Source: an uncultured Bacilli bacterium
Lineage (GTDB): Bacteria; Bacillota_I; Bacilli_A; RF39; UBA660
DNA length: 64,000 nt
NCBI GenBank assembly: GCA_934162195.1
Contig: CAKPHO010000001.1
Span: 17,281 to 81,280, forward strand
Reading direction: 5' to 3'
Shown here piece after piece: positions 31,603 through 42,001 of the stretch. The notes beneath the pieces were generated by a model, which worked only from the letters and a program-made list of their open reading frames with translations, was not told the origin of the DNA and ran no database searches. Positions within the stretch are counted from its first letter, which is position 1. Each line of letters begins with the position of its first letter. Both the position numbers and the translations under genes were made by a program.

Positions 31603-32228
31603 TAAATAAGCACCTCCCCAACTTTTTTAGCAGCTTCTGTAGTCATTAATAATGCGTCTGCACTAACTACATCTAAAGTGTTAATTTCGCTTGCCTCAAG
31701 TAGCATTACACTAGCAATGTTACGAGTAGCTAAGATTAAATTTTCATTTAATCCATCTACAACAATTAATACTTTTTTGTTTGCTAATTTTAAATTATTT
31801 AAAATATTTAACATATCTTTAGTTTTGTTTGTTTCAAGATTTAAACTATCTACAACAACGATTGCTTTTTCAATTTCTTTATAAGCTAAAGCTGATTTTA
31901 AAGCTAATCTTCTTTCTTTACGATTCATTTTTTTATCGTAATCTCTAGGTGTTGGTCCAAATACTACACCACCATGATACCATTGTGCTGCACGGATACT
32001 TCCTTGACGAGCACGACCTGTACCTTTTTGTCTCCATGGCTTTCTACCACCACCACTAACTTCTGAACGTGTTTTTGTACTTGCAGTACCTTGTCTTTGC
32101 GCATTTCTTGTTAATGTAATTGCATCATATAAAACAGCATCGTTTGGAGTGATTCCAAATACTTGCTTTTCTAAAGTAATATCGCTAACTTTTTCACCTT
32201 TGATATTTAATACAGATAATTTAGCCAT
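31602..32228 (-). CDS. rplD: 50S ribosomal protein L4
   Basis: [34 protein letters not shown]. Confidence 0.96.
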   Translation of the reverse strand: MAKLSVLNIKGEKVSDITLEKQVFGITPNDAVLYDAITLTRNAQRQGTASTKTRSEVSGGGRKPWRQKGTGRARQGSIRAAQWYHGGVVFGPTPRDYDKKMNRKERRLALKSALAYKEIEKAIVVVDSLNLETNKTKDMLNILNNLKLANKKVLIVVDGLNENLILATRNIASVMLLEASEINTLDVVSADALLMTTEAAKKVGEVLI

Positions 32229-32243
32229 CTATATTCCTCCTTA

Positions 32244-32993
32244 CTAGTTTTCAGCTTCTACTGGAGCTTCTGCTTCAGTTGCTTCAACTTCTTCAGATTT
32301 TTCTACCACTGGTGTTTCATTAGTTTCTTCTGCATATTTAATTAATTCTTCTGTTTCTTTTACCTTTCCAGGATTTTTAACAGCAGTCTTAATTACAACT
32401 AATGATTTTTTAGGTCCTGGTATATTACCTTTGATTAAAATTACATTATTTTCAACATCTACAGCAACAACTTCAAGATTTTGAATAGTTACTGTTAATG
32501 TACCCATATGACCTGGTAATTTCTTACCTTTGAAAACACGCATTGGTCTCATAGTTCCCATTGAACCTGGTTTTCTGTGATAATGAGAACCATGTCCCAT
32601 AGGACCTCTACTTTGATTATGTCTTTTAATTACACCTTGGAAACCATGTCCCTTAGTGATTCCTGTAACATCAACAACTTCACCAGCTTCAAAAATATCA
32701 ACTTTGATTTCTTGACCTAATGAATAATTATTGATCTCTACACCTCTAATTTCTTTAAAGAAGCGCTTAGGTGTAGTCTTAGCTTTATTGGTATGCCCAA
32801 TAGAAGCTTTAGTCGCTAACTTTTCTCTCTTTGTATCAAATCCTAGTTGAATAGCTTCATAACCATCATTTTCTTTTGTCTTAATTTGTGTTACCACATT
32901 TGGTTCAACTTCAACAACAGTTACTGGAACTAATTTGCCTGATTTTGTAAATACTTGAGTCATTCCAATTTTACGACCTAAGATTCCTTTCAT
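32244..32993 (-). CDS. rplC: 50S ribosomal protein L3 with ~40-aa acidic C-terminal extension
   Basis: [15 protein letters not shown]...[12 protein letters not shown]..., followed by the tail [37 protein letters not shown]. Confidence 0.95.
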   Translation of the reverse strand: MKGILGRKIGMTQVFTKSGKLVPVTVVEVEPNVVTQIKTKENDGYEAIQLGFDTKREKLATKASIGHTNKAKTTPKRFFKEIRGVEINNYSLGQEIKVDIFEAGEVVDVTGITKGHGFQGVIKRHNQSRGPMGHGSHYHRKPGSMGTMRPMRVFKGKKLPGHMGTLTVTIQNLEVVAVDVENNVILIKGNIPGPKKSLVVIKTAVKNPGKVKETEELIKYAEETNETPVVEKSEEVEATEAEAPVEAEN

Positions 32994-33012
32994 AATTTTT
33001 TCCTCCTATAAA

Positions 33013-33321
33013 TTATAATTTAATTTGAATATCAACGCCACTTGGGATATCTAAATGAGTTAATGCCTCAATAGTTTCCTTAGATGGGTTATTGATATCA
33101 ATTAGTCTTTTGTGTGTTCTTCTTTCAAATTGTTCACGTGAATCTTTATATTTGTGAACCGCTCTTAAAATTGTAACTTTTTCAATTTCAGTTGGAAGTG
33201 GTACTGGTCCACTAACTTCTCCACCTGATCTTTTAACTGTTTCCACAATTTTAGCACAAGCAGTATCCAAACTTTTATGTTCGAACGCTTTTAATTTGAT
33301 ACGAACTGTAGTTTTAGACAT
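33013..33321 (-). CDS. rpsJ: 30S ribosomal protein S10
   Basis: [14 protein letters not shown]...[29 protein letters not shown]. Confidence 0.96.
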   Translation of the reverse strand: MSKTTVRIKLKAFEHKSLDTACAKIVETVKRSGGEVSGPVPLPTEIEKVTILRAVHKYKDSREQFERRTHKRLIDINNPSKETIEALTHLDIPSGVDIQIKL

Positions 33322-33484
33322 ATTGTATCCTCCCTTCGCCTATATCTCAGTATAGACTAGCTCCGTGTAAAAACCCGATATATACCAAATTTTATTTATC
33401 AACTTAACCTGGCGTATCGGCAACCTCACACATCTTCGCATGCCACACATTCAAAATTATACACAATTATTGTATGAAATGCAA
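33322..33484 (-). promoter_or_regulatory. S10-operon promoter plus ~125-nt structured 5' leader
   Basis: Reverse strand reads TTGCAT-17 nt-TATAAT with an upstream TG (-35 at 33484-33479, -10 at 33461-33456). The leader is noticeably more GC-rich than its surroundings and has complementary segments (e.g. CCGATA...TATCGGG). It could be an autoregulatory r-protein leader; its identity is not established. Confidence 0.5.
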
Positions 33485-33549
33485 TAGTTTTTTAGAATTT
33501 TTTTCGTTTTTTTATTTATATAAGCATAAAATTTATAGGGCGTGATAAC

Positions 33550-33858
33550 ATGAAACTAGTTCCAAGTACTCCATCAAATATATATACATTAAGCGCAATT
33601 GTTATTGGATATATTCTTTTAAATGATTCTACTCCTGCTGAACAAAATTCTTTAGGTAACTGGTTTATGCTTATTGGACAAGTGCTTTGTACTAATTCTG
33701 CTCAACAGCAAGTTATAAATAATAGAAACGGAACATCAAATAAATCTAACCAACATGTTATTAATGATACTTTTGGTAGTGATTATACTGTGGAAAACAT
33801 TGAGAAAGTAATAAGAGCTATGAGACAAGAAATTGATAACTTAAAAAAAGGCACATAA
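33550..33858 (+). CDS. hypothetical small protein
   Basis: 102-aa ORF on the plus strand between the S10 promoter and rpsR. It has a hydrophobic/amphipathic N-terminal half (LSAIVIGYILLNDSTPAEQNSLGNWFMLIGQVL) and a polar C-terminal half. I cannot name a family with confidence. Confidence 0.45.
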   Translation: MKLVPSTPSNIYTLSAIVIGYILLNDSTPAEQNSLGNWFMLIGQVLCTNSAQQQVINNRNGTSNKSNQHVINDTFGSDYTVENIEKVIRAMRQEIDNLKKGT

Positions 33859-33877
33859 AAAGGATATAAAAATATCC

Positions 33878-34096
33878 TTATTTAACAAATGGTATTAAAG
33901 CCATAAAACGTGCTTTTTTAACTTCACCAGCAATATGTCTTTGGTGTTTAGCACAAGCACCAGTTACTCTTCTTGGTAAAATTTTTCCTTTGTCAGCACT
34001 TATATATTTTTTAATTATGTCAGCGTCTTTATAATCTACAGATTTACCTGCACACATTTGACATATTTTTTTCTTTTTTCTATAAAATTCAGCCAT
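33878..34096 (-). CDS. rpsR: 30S ribosomal protein S18
   Basis: VDYKDADIIKKYISADKGKILPRRVTGACAKHQR. Confidence 0.95.
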   Translation of the reverse strand: MAEFYRKKKKICQMCAGKSVDYKDADIIKKYISADKGKILPRRVTGACAKHQRHIAGEVKKARFMALIPFVK

Positions 34097-34111
34097 TTTA
34101 TTTCCTCCTTA

Positions 34112-34576
34112 TTAATCTAAGAAGTTATCATCGATAGAAACGCTATCACCAAAATCAGCAAATGGATCATCAGCAACATCTACACTATTTGTTGTAGCAG
34201 TATTTTGATAATCATAAGGACTTGGTTCATTACTTGCTTGACTACGATTTTGAGATTGAGCTCTAGTTTCTAAAAATTGAACAGAGTCTGCAACAACCTC
34301 CATCGTATATCTTTTATTTCCATCTTTATCATCATAACTTCCTGTTTGAATTCTTCCTTCAACAGAAACTAAACTACCTTTGTCTAAGAAATTACAAACG
34401 TTTTCTGCTTGCTTTCTCCAAACAACTACATTGATAAAATCAGTTTCTCTTTGTCCTTGGGCGTTACTATAAGTTCTATTTACTGCTAATGAAAATCTAG
34501 CATATGGTAAATTAGAACCTGTATATCTCAATTCTGGTTTGGCAGTTAACCTACCAATTAACATTACTCTATTCAT
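34112..34576 (-). CDS. ssb: single-stranded DNA-binding protein
   Basis: [19 protein letters not shown]... OB fold and the acidic C-terminal tip DDNFLD; sits between rpsF and rpsR. Confidence 0.95.
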   Translation of the reverse strand: MNRVMLIGRLTAKPELRYTGSNLPYARFSLAVNRTYSNAQGQRETDFINVVVWRKQAENVCNFLDKGSLVSVEGRIQTGSYDDKDGNKRYTMEVVADSVQFLETRAQSQNRSQASNEPSPYDYQNTATTNSVDVADDPFADFGDSVSIDDNFLD

Positions 34577-34590
34577 GTGTACCTCTTTTC

Positions 34591-34881
34591 TTAAGCTTCA
34601 ATCTTTGTAATTAAATGACGAATTACATCATTACTAATTAAAGCTAAACGATCAAATTCTTTAATAGCTTTGTCATCACTAGCTTCTAAAGTAGCTAAGA
34701 AGTAATATCCACTTTTAAATTTTTTGATTTCATAAGCTAATTCTTTTTGACCTAATTCTTTTACACTTACGTTCTTAGCTCCGTTATCAGTTAAAACTTT
34801 TTCAAATGATGCACTTACACCTTTGATTTCTTCTTCTGATAATGTAGGACGAACAATAAACATAATTTCATAGTTTGTCAT
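34591..34881 (-). CDS. rpsF: 30S ribosomal protein S6
   Basis: [15 protein letters not shown]...[14 protein letters not shown]. Confidence 0.95.
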   Translation of the reverse strand: MTNYEIMFIVRPTLSEEEIKGVSASFEKVLTDNGAKNVSVKELGQKELAYEIKKFKSGYYFLATLEASDDKAIKEFDRLALISNDVIRHLITKIEA

Positions 34882-34947
34882 ATCTACACCTCCTTATGGT
34901 CTACTGGCTTTCTAAAAAGCAAGGAGTAAATTTCTTACTCGCCTTTG

Positions 34948-34976
34948 ATTATAACAAAGAAAAATATATTTGTAAA
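34948..34976 (-). promoter_or_regulatory. sigma-A type promoter for rpsF-ssb-rpsR
   Basis: Reverse strand reads TTTACA-17 nt-TATAAT. The leader contains a hairpin, GAGTAAGAAATTTACTC. Confidence 0.45.
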
Positions 34977-35147
34977 CCTTATTTTAATTATATTTAGCAC
35001 TTTTTTTAATATACTCAAAATTTTAAAAACATCAAAAAACATCAAAATTGGTATTGCTAATACAAAAAATGCGTTTTTTATGGACTAATACTATGAATAA
35101 TTTTTGGCGTTTTTGGGGGATAATAATAATGTAGTAGGTGAAGTATA

Positions 35148-35573
35148 ATGAATTTTAGTAAAGAAGATGAAAATTACATATATAATGTTATTGGAAAAAA
35201 TATTAAAAAATATCGTAAAGCAAAAGGTTTAACTCAGGCACAACTTGCAGAAAAGATTGATTATTCCCTATCCTTTGTTTCTAGCATTGAAAGTAGAAAA
35301 CATCAAACTTTTTCTTTAGGTGCATTATGGAGAATATCTTTAATATTAGAAGTTGATATGTATAAACTTTGTATTGATGAAGATGATTTAAGAAACAAAA
35401 AAAACTGTACCTTATATAAATGTGATAATTGCGGTAATGAAATAAAAATGCCAAAAGAAATAATTACTACTTTTAATATTATTAACAAAATGTTTAATGA
35501 TGATAACCAAAATCCAAAATTTAATTGTCCAGAATGTAGAGAAGGGAAATTAATTATTAAAGAAAAAGACTAA
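35148..35573 (+). CDS. XRE-family HTH transcriptional regulator with C-terminal zinc ribbon
   Basis: HTH LTQAQLAEKIDYSLSFVSSIESRK; C-terminal CDNCG...CPECREG. Confidence 0.7.
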   Translation: MNFSKEDENYIYNVIGKNIKKYRKAKGLTQAQLAEKIDYSLSFVSSIESRKHQTFSLGALWRISLILEVDMYKLCIDEDDLRNKKNCTLYKCDNCGNEIKMPKEIITTFNIINKMFNDDNQNPKFNCPECREGKLIIKEKD

Positions 35574-35595
35574 AGCGTTACAACTTTAGTCTTTT

Positions 35596-36696
35596 TTATA
35601 CATTAAATCTAAAATAACAAATATCGCCATCTTGCATTAAATATTCTTTCCCCTCAAGACGAACACGACCAGCTTCTCTTACTTTTTTTTCATCACCATA
35701 TTTTTCTAGATCATCATAACTCATTACTTCTGCTCTTATAAAACCTTTTTCAAAGTCTGTATGAATTATTCCTGCACATTCAGGAGCTTTCATACCTTTT
35801 TTAAAAGTCCATGCTCTAACTTCATCTTTACCTGCTGTAAAATATGTTGCAAGTCCAAGCAAAGAATATGTAGCTTGAATTAATTTATCTAATCCACCAG
35901 AAGAAACACCTAAATCCGATAGAAACATATCTCTTTCTTCATCATCTAATTCACTAAGTTCTTCTTCTATTTTAGCAGATACTGTAATTACCTTTGCCTT
36001 TTCCACTTTAGCATATTCCCTTATTTTATCAACATAAACATTTCCATCATTAACTAAATCTTCTTCACTAATATTAGCCATATATATTATAGGTTTAGCA
36101 GTTATAAGTCTAAAAGAATTAATTATTTTCATATCATCTTCTGATATATCTAATCTTCTTACTGGAATATTTTCTTCTAATCCATTTTTTATTCTTTTTA
36201 ATATATCTAATTCCTTTAATAAATCTTTATCCTTTGTTTGTGTAGCTTTTTTCTCTATTCTACCGATTCTAGAATCAACTATCTCTAAATCTGACAACAT
36301 TAATTCAACATTAATAATTTCCATATCTCTAATTGGATCTATATCATTTTCTACATGAATTATATTTTTATCCTCAAAACATCGAACTACCTCTACTATA
36401 GCATCCACTTCTCTAATATGTGATAAAAATTGGTTACCTAATCCTTCACCTTTTGATGCACCTTTCACCAAACCTGCAATATCAGTAAATTCAAATGTTG
36501 TAGGAACCAAACTTTTAGGTTCATATAAGTTATTTAAAAAATCTAACCTCTTATCAGGCACTGTAACTACCCCAACATTTGGATCAATAGTTGCAAACGG
36601 ATAATTTGCTGCTAAAATGTGTTTTTTTGTAATTGCATTAAACAAAGTTGACTTACCCACATTAGGAAGACCAACGATTCCTGCTGTTAAACTCAT
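35596..36696 (-). CDS. ychF: redox-regulated ribosome-binding ATPase YchF
   Basis: GIVGLPNVGKSTLFNA, DIAGLVKGAS, and C-terminal TGS-like FIRAEV...GKEYLMQDGD. ATG 36696 follows a GGAGGG RBS. Confidence 0.93.
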   Translation of the reverse strand: MSLTAGIVGLPNVGKSTLFNAITKKHILAANYPFATIDPNVGVVTVPDKRLDFLNNLYEPKSLVPTTFEFTDIAGLVKGASKGEGLGNQFLSHIREVDAIVEVVRCFEDKNIIHVENDIDPIRDMEIINVELMLSDLEIVDSRIGRIEKKATQTKDKDLLKELDILKRIKNGLEENIPVRRLDISEDDMKIINSFRLITAKPIIYMANISEEDLVNDGNVYVDKIREYAKVEKAKVITVSAKIEEELSELDDEERDMFLSDLGVSSGGLDKLIQATYSLLGLATYFTAGKDEVRAWTFKKGMKAPECAGIIHTDFEKGFIRAEVMSYDDLEKYGDEKKVREAGRVRLEGKEYLMQDGDICYFRFNV

Positions 36697-36768
36697 AATA
36701 TCCCTCCATAAAAAAACTATGAATAAATTCATAGTTCATATTATACCACGTTTATTGAAACTTAACAA

Positions 36769-38292
36769 TTATAAAGTTGTATATCCACTTATTCCTAAAG
36801 GGAATCCCGATAAGTACCAAATAATTATAAATACAATCCAGAATGCCAACATAATTAATACTGTTGGTAAAATAAGTTTTATAGTTCCAAAGATAGAAAT
36901 ATCATAATCCTCATCCGCATTATTATGATGCATAAATCCTAATAACACGATAAAGAACGCATATAAAGGTGTAATTGCTTTTCCAATTCCATCTGCAACT
37001 TGAAAAATAAATTGCGTTAAATCAGGAGTAATATTTGAACGCATAAATAATGGAACTATTAAAGGGGATACCACAGTCCATTTTCCTAAAGTTGACGGCA
37101 TTACTAATGTCATTATTACAGCTAAAATAAAGAAAACAAATATTAATAATGCTCCCGAAAATTGAAACATACTTAGTACTTCTACTATTTTACATGTAAC
37201 TAATTCTCCCAATCCTGTCCAATCTAATATAGCAATCATTTGTGAAGCAAAGAACATCAAAGCAAATAAATAACCTGAATTATATAAGCTTTTTGATAAA
37301 CTCTCAGTAAAACCTTTACTGGTTTCAATATTCTTTGAAATTTTACCATATATAAAACTACATACTATCATCATTATTAAGAATATTAACATAATTCCTT
37401 CTTTGAAAGGAGCTCCTGTTGTAAATAGTTTAGCAATATAAGTAGTTTGATTATTATCAAGTAATATTCCTGAACCTAAAAATCCTGGAACAATCAAATA
37501 AACTACTATTAAAATCATTATTACAAATGCAACAGTACTAAATATTAATCCCTTTTTTGAGTAATTTGAATCGCTCTCTTCTAATAATGGTTTTTTAAAT
37601 TTAGGTGCTATTTTAACATCTATTAATTTAGCTAAAATAGGAACCATAATAATCATAGATGCTAACATTATATATAAAGTTGATAAATTATTATATGTGT
37701 AGTTAGGATCAACATCAATAGTTGCTGCCATTTGTGTAAGTGTTCCAAGTAAATATGTATCATAATTAAATATAATACCAGAAGCATAACCTAAAGTAAT
37801 ACCAAGAAACACCGTTACTATTCCTAAAACAGAATTTCTGTTTATATATTTATATAAGTAGCCCACCAAAGGCATTAAAATAACAAAACTATATTCACCA
37901 ATCATTGTTGAAACAAATCCCAATAAAACTACTAACAACGTTATAAAATATGGTTTTACTCTTCTAAATGGTTTAAATAATATTTGTAATAACCCGCTAG
38001 CATCCCCAATACCATATGCTATTAATGATATTATAAATAAAACTAGTGGCTCAAACATTTTAAAATTAAGTAAAATATTTGAAAATAAGTACTTAATTCC
38101 ATCTACACTCAAAATATTATTAGGAGTAATCAAAGAAGTTTCAAGTTTACCATTAACTATAATAGTTTTTTCTGCTCTAACTCCAAGTGATGAAGTTATT
38201 AAACTTGCAACCATAATAACAGCAGATATTATCAACATTACAGTTATAGGGCCTAATATTTTTTTCTTTTTCTTATTATTTTTAAATCTCAT
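36769..38292 (-). CDS. AbgT-family (p-aminobenzoyl-glutamate/antimetabolite) transporter-like membrane protein
   Basis: 507-aa polytopic protein. The N-terminal region (ILSVDGIKYLFSNILLNFKMFEPLVLFIISLIAYGIGDASGLL) resembles the AbgT signature. Size fits the family. Confidence 0.55.
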   Translation of the reverse strand: MRFKNNKKKKKILGPITVMLIISAVIMVASLITSSLGVRAEKTIIVNGKLETSLITPNNILSVDGIKYLFSNILLNFKMFEPLVLFIISLIAYGIGDASGLLQILFKPFRRVKPYFITLLVVLLGFVSTMIGEYSFVILMPLVGYLYKYINRNSVLGIVTVFLGITLGYASGIIFNYDTYLLGTLTQMAATIDVDPNYTYNNLSTLYIMLASMIIMVPILAKLIDVKIAPKFKKPLLEESDSNYSKKGLIFSTVAFVIMILIVVYLIVPGFLGSGILLDNNQTTYIAKLFTTGAPFKEGIMLIFLIMMIVCSFIYGKISKNIETSKGFTESLSKSLYNSGYLFALMFFASQMIAILDWTGLGELVTCKIVEVLSMFQFSGALLIFVFFILAVIMTLVMPSTLGKWTVVSPLIVPLFMRSNITPDLTQFIFQVADGIGKAITPLYAFFIVLLGFMHHNNADEDYDISIFGTIKLILPTVLIMLAFWIVFIIIWYLSGFPLGISGYTTL

Positions 38293-38301
38293 CTTTTCCT
38301 C

Positions 38302-38490
38302 CTAAAAATTGATAACTTTTTTTAGCTTTTTATTAAATTCTATTCTAGGTAACATTATGCTTTTACCACAATTCAAACATTTAATTTTTATATCCGCACC
38401 AATTCTTGTTATCTCCCACTCGTTGCTACCACAAGGATGTTGCTTCTTCATAACTACAATACTGCCTAATTTATACTCTTTTTCCATCAT
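38302..38490 (-). CDS. DUF951 family small protein (YyzM-like)
   Basis: VVMKKQHPCGSNEWEITRIGADIKIKCLNCGKSIMLPR; conserved position near ychF/parB. Confidence 0.8.
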   Translation of the reverse strand: MMEKEYKLGSIVVMKKQHPCGSNEWEITRIGADIKIKCLNCGKSIMLPRIEFNKKLKKVINF

Positions 38491-39268
38491 GAATCACCAA
38501 CTGTGGATAAGGAATACTAATATTATTCTTATCCAAAACTAATTTTGCTTGTTTATTAAGTTCACGTTTTACACCATAATGTTTCATAGGTTTAGTTTCA
38601 CAAACTATTCTAACGTTTACTGAACTATCATCCAGTTTTTCAACACCTAAAACTTGAGGTTTACTTATCATTTCTGGATTTTCGTACTTTTCACACATAT
38701 CAGATAAAACTTTTATAGCTTTATCTATATCACTTTCATAAGCAACTCCTACATCAACTATAGCCATTGACTTAGTTTTGCTATAGTTTGTAACTTCACC
38801 AATTAAATGGTTTGGAATAATATGAATCTCTCCAGTATAAGCTTCTAATCTAGTTGTTTTTAAACTCAAAAACTTAACCCAGCCTTCATAACCATTTATC
38901 TTAACAAAGTCACCAATTGTGTATTGTTCTTCAATAATAATACTAATCCCTGCTACTATATCTTTTAATACGTCTTGAACAGCAAGACCAGCAACCAAAC
39001 TAACAACACCTAAAGATGTAACTAATGCTTTTGTATCTATGCCATAAATATCCATAATAATTAATGATGCAACTATAATTAAAAAATACTTAGTAATGCT
39101 AATGATTAAATCACTTATCATTTTTCTTCTGTTATCATTTTTATTATGTCTTACTCGAAACAATTTTTTTACAACAGACTTTAATATATTATAAACCAAA
39201 TATGAAACAACAATAGTAACAATTGGCGCCACCACTTTTTTAGAAAGAATAATATTTAATATTTCCAT
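38471..39268 (-). CDS. small-conductance mechanosensitive channel (MscS family)
   Basis: Three N-terminal TM helices, then the beta-domain motif GDFVKINGYEGWVKFLSLKTTRLEAYTGEIHIIPN. Confidence 0.8.
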   Translation of the reverse strand: MEILNIILSKKVVAPIVTIVVSYLVYNILKSVVKKLFRVRHNKNDNRRKMISDLIISITKYFLIIVASLIIMDIYGIDTKALVTSLGVVSLVAGLAVQDVLKDIVAGISIIIEEQYTIGDFVKINGYEGWVKFLSLKTTRLEAYTGEIHIIPNHLIGEVTNYSKTKSMAIVDVGVAYESDIDKAIKVLSDMCEKYENPEMISKPQVLGVEKLDDSSVNVRIVCETKPMKHYGVKRELNKQAKLVLDKNNISIPYPQLVIHDGKRV

Positions 39269-39269
39269 A

Positions 39270-40160
39270 CTATCTCTCCTTTACATCAAGTACTTCTAAT
39301 ATTCTATTCAAATCAGCCGTATTAGTAAAAGATATCTCTATTTTATGATTTTTTATTTTTACCTTAGTATCCAGTTTATCTCTGAATAAATCTTCTACAT
39401 ACTTGTACTCATCATTACTAGTATTTTTTCGATTAATTTTTACTTTTTTTTCTATTTTTTCTTCTGATGTTATATTTTCTAAATCACGAACTGGCATTTT
39501 ATCTTCAATAATTTGATTTGCCATTTCAATAATTTTATCATCAGATTCTAGTTTACTTAAAACTCTAGCATGTCCCATACTAATTTTACCATCCGCAACC
39601 ATTTGTTGAACAGATGAAGGCAATCTTAATAATCCTAAAATATTAGTAATATGGCTTCTACTTTTACCAACTTTTTTAGCAAGCTCATCTTGCGTCAAAA
39701 ATAATTTATCAAGCATGCTTTTATAAGCCAATGCTTCTTCTATTGCATTTAAATTTTCTCTTTGTAAATTTTCAAGAAGCGCTATTTCCATCATTTGTTC
39801 ATCAGTAAAAGATCTAACAATTGCAGGTATTTTAGTAATCCCTGCTAATTTAGAAGCCCTATATCTTCTTTCACCTGCTATAATCTCATAACCTTTAATA
39901 CTTTTTTTTACAATAATTGGTTGAAAAACACCATGTTCTTTAATTGAAGATGCTAACTCGTTTAAAGCTTCATCATTAAAATTTTTACGTGGTTGATAAG
40001 GGTTAGGTCTTAATTCATTAATATTTATATCAATAACTTCTTCACTAGATGCACTTTCATAAATTTGTTTTTCCATTGTGTTTAAATCTAGATTTTCATT
40101 ATTAAATAATTCTTCTAATCCTTTGCCTAAAGCTCTTTTTTTAGTTTCCATTTCTTTCAA
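39270..40160 (-). CDS. parB: chromosome partitioning protein ParB/Spo0J
   Basis: NPYQPRKNF, IIAGERRYRASKLAG, and HTH LTQDELAKKVGKSRSHITN. Confidence 0.93.
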   Translation of the reverse strand: MKEMETKKRALGKGLEELFNNENLDLNTMEKQIYESASSEEVIDININELRPNPYQPRKNFNDEALNELASSIKEHGVFQPIIVKKSIKGYEIIAGERRYRASKLAGITKIPAIVRSFTDEQMMEIALLENLQRENLNAIEEALAYKSMLDKLFLTQDELAKKVGKSRSHITNILGLLRLPSSVQQMVADGKISMGHARVLSKLESDDKIIEMANQIIEDKMPVRDLENITSEEKIEKKVKINRKNTSNDEYKYVEDLFRDKLDTKVKIKNHKIEISFTNTADLNRILEVLDVKER

Positions 40161-40926
40161 TCACTTCCTTTGCTAAATTAAGGTAAGCCTCTGTCCCCCT
40201 GCTATGTGGATCATAAGCAAGTATTGGTTTCCCATGGCTTGGAGCCTCTGATAATCTTACTAGTCTAGGAATTATTGTATCATATACACGTTCTTTAAAG
40301 TAACTCTTAATATCTTCTACAACCTCTAATCCAAGATTAGTTCTATTATCAAGCATTGTTAATAAAACACCCTCAATATCTAACGTTGGATTTAAATTCT
40401 TTTGCGCTAACATAATAGTATTTAATAGTTGCATAATTCCTTCCAATGCAAAGAATTCACATTGTACAGGAATAATAACTGAATTAGCAGCTGTTAAAGC
40501 ATTTGTTGTTAAAAGACCCAAACTAGGAGGGCAATCAATTATAATATAATCAAACATTTCTTTAGCTTGATCTAAATACTTTTTAAGTTGATTACCTTTA
40601 ACAAAGCCAGGTTCCTGTCTACTCTTTTCCATTAACTCAATATCAGCACCTGCCAAATTGATAGTCGCTGGCATAACGTATAGATTTTTAAATTTAGTTT
40701 TAACAATCACTTCACTTAAAGTAGCATTATCAATAAGTAAATCATATACACTTTTTTTGATCTCACTTTTATCTATTCCAATACCAGTAGTACTATTACC
40801 TTGTGGATCTAAGTCTACTAATAGTACTCTTTTTTTTAATACACCTAAAGATGCTGCTAAATTAATACTAGAAGTAGTTTTGCCTACTCCTCCCTTTTGA
40901 TTAACTAAGGCAATAACCTTACCCAT
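40141..40926 (-). CDS. parA: chromosome partitioning ATPase ParA/Soj
   Basis: Deviant Walker A NQKGGVGKTT, LLVDLDPQGN, IIIDCPPSLG. Confidence 0.93.
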   Translation of the reverse strand: MGKVIALVNQKGGVGKTTSSINLAASLGVLKKRVLLVDLDPQGNSTTGIGIDKSEIKKSVYDLLIDNATLSEVIVKTKFKNLYVMPATINLAGADIELMEKSRQEPGFVKGNQLKKYLDQAKEMFDYIIIDCPPSLGLLTTNALTAANSVIIPVQCEFFALEGIMQLLNTIMLAQKNLNPTLDIEGVLLTMLDNRTNLGLEVVEDIKSYFKERVYDTIIPRLVRLSEAPSHGKPILAYDPHSRGTEAYLNLAKEVIERNGN

Positions 40927-40994
40927 AAACATCACCATTTTCTAATACATTCTACGTATAACTATTTTATCACACTTACAACCATAAATCTATA

Positions 40995-41834
40995 TTATAT
41001 TTTTATTTGATTCTTATTTTCTAATTTTTTATTTTCTTTTTCTATCTCTTTTAAACTTTTGTTTGGTGTTGGTAAGTTCTCTGGCAATGTCCCACCATTC
41101 TTTACGATAACTTCTCTAATATTTCTACCAATTGTATAATGCGTGTCACTAGCTATTATTTCTGTTTTCACATTATCTTTTTTTAGTTTAGCTTCTGTTT
41201 GTGATATTCTAAATAGATTTGCTACTAGTTCTTCACTTCCCATATTATCTAATATATCTTCTCAATATCTCAAACCTTTTCTTTTAGCTATATCATTAGC
41301 AGTTTCTCCATTATAAAGCCCCTTATAACCACAAATATGAAACTTGTCAAAATTCTTAACGCCACAATTTCTAGCAGTTATATTAAGTGAATAATTACCC
41401 TTTCTTGTTAAATTTCTTTGATAAAATCTTTTCTCATCTTCTGTAAGTTCACTATACTCTTTTTCACTTAATTCTTGTTTTCTTGTTTGTATTGCAAAAT
41501 AAGTTTGACCTAACGAAATAACTTTTTTTCTAGAATCACCATTTTGTACAATTAAATAACACGCATATCTTGATAATTTATAATCTAACACACTTCTTTT
41601 AGCTCCTTTGGCAAGGTTTATCATTTTCCCGACCCCGGGAAAATGTTCCTCAACACTATAACCACTATTTTCACATGATTTTTTTGCATTATTAATAGCA
41701 TTAGAAAATCTTTCCCATTTACTATATTCAAGTAATGGCATCAACTCCCTTGCTTCCCAATATTCCCTTCCGTTTTCATCTATATGTTTTATTTCTTCAA
41801 ATATCTTTTCTGTATACTCTTTTACTTCATTCAT
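40995..41834 (-). pseudogene. dinD: DNA damage-inducible protein D (DinD-like), interrupted by one in-frame TGA
   Basis: The two track ORFs (41262..41849 and 40995..41243) are in the same frame. They are separated only by TGA (41264-41262) plus 6 sense codons: ...AKRKGLRY*EDILDNMGSEELVANLFRISQTE... Joined, they give a ~279-aa protein of the DinD type. Confidence 0.65.
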
Positions 41835-41891
41835 ATTTAACCTCCTCACTTATATAATTCAACATAACTTTCTTATTTCCTTTTTAATATC

Positions 41892-41921
41892 AAAAAAATC
41901 ATAGAAATTTGTTTCTATGAT
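41892..41921 (-). terminator. rho-independent terminator downstream of the TR-like element
   Basis: Reverse strand reads ATCATAGAAA-CAAA-TTTCTATGAT (10-bp perfect stem) followed by TTTTTTT. Confidence 0.6.
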
Positions 41922-42001
41922 TTAATATTTAAATATCTTTCTAGTTTCCTAAACCATTCTTTATACGCCTTAACATATAAAACAAGGCCCCCTTAGGAAA
42001 T

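Noticed and set aside
41262-41264. The idea that TGA encodes Trp (genetic code 4) or Gly (code 25) in this very AT-rich organism.
   Set aside because: More than 90 genes, including the 1078-aa mfd, are open under the standard code with TGG for Trp. At least two genes (cwlD at 8222 and the yabB-like gene at 61114) terminate at TGA at the expected protein end. Only dinD would need recoding.
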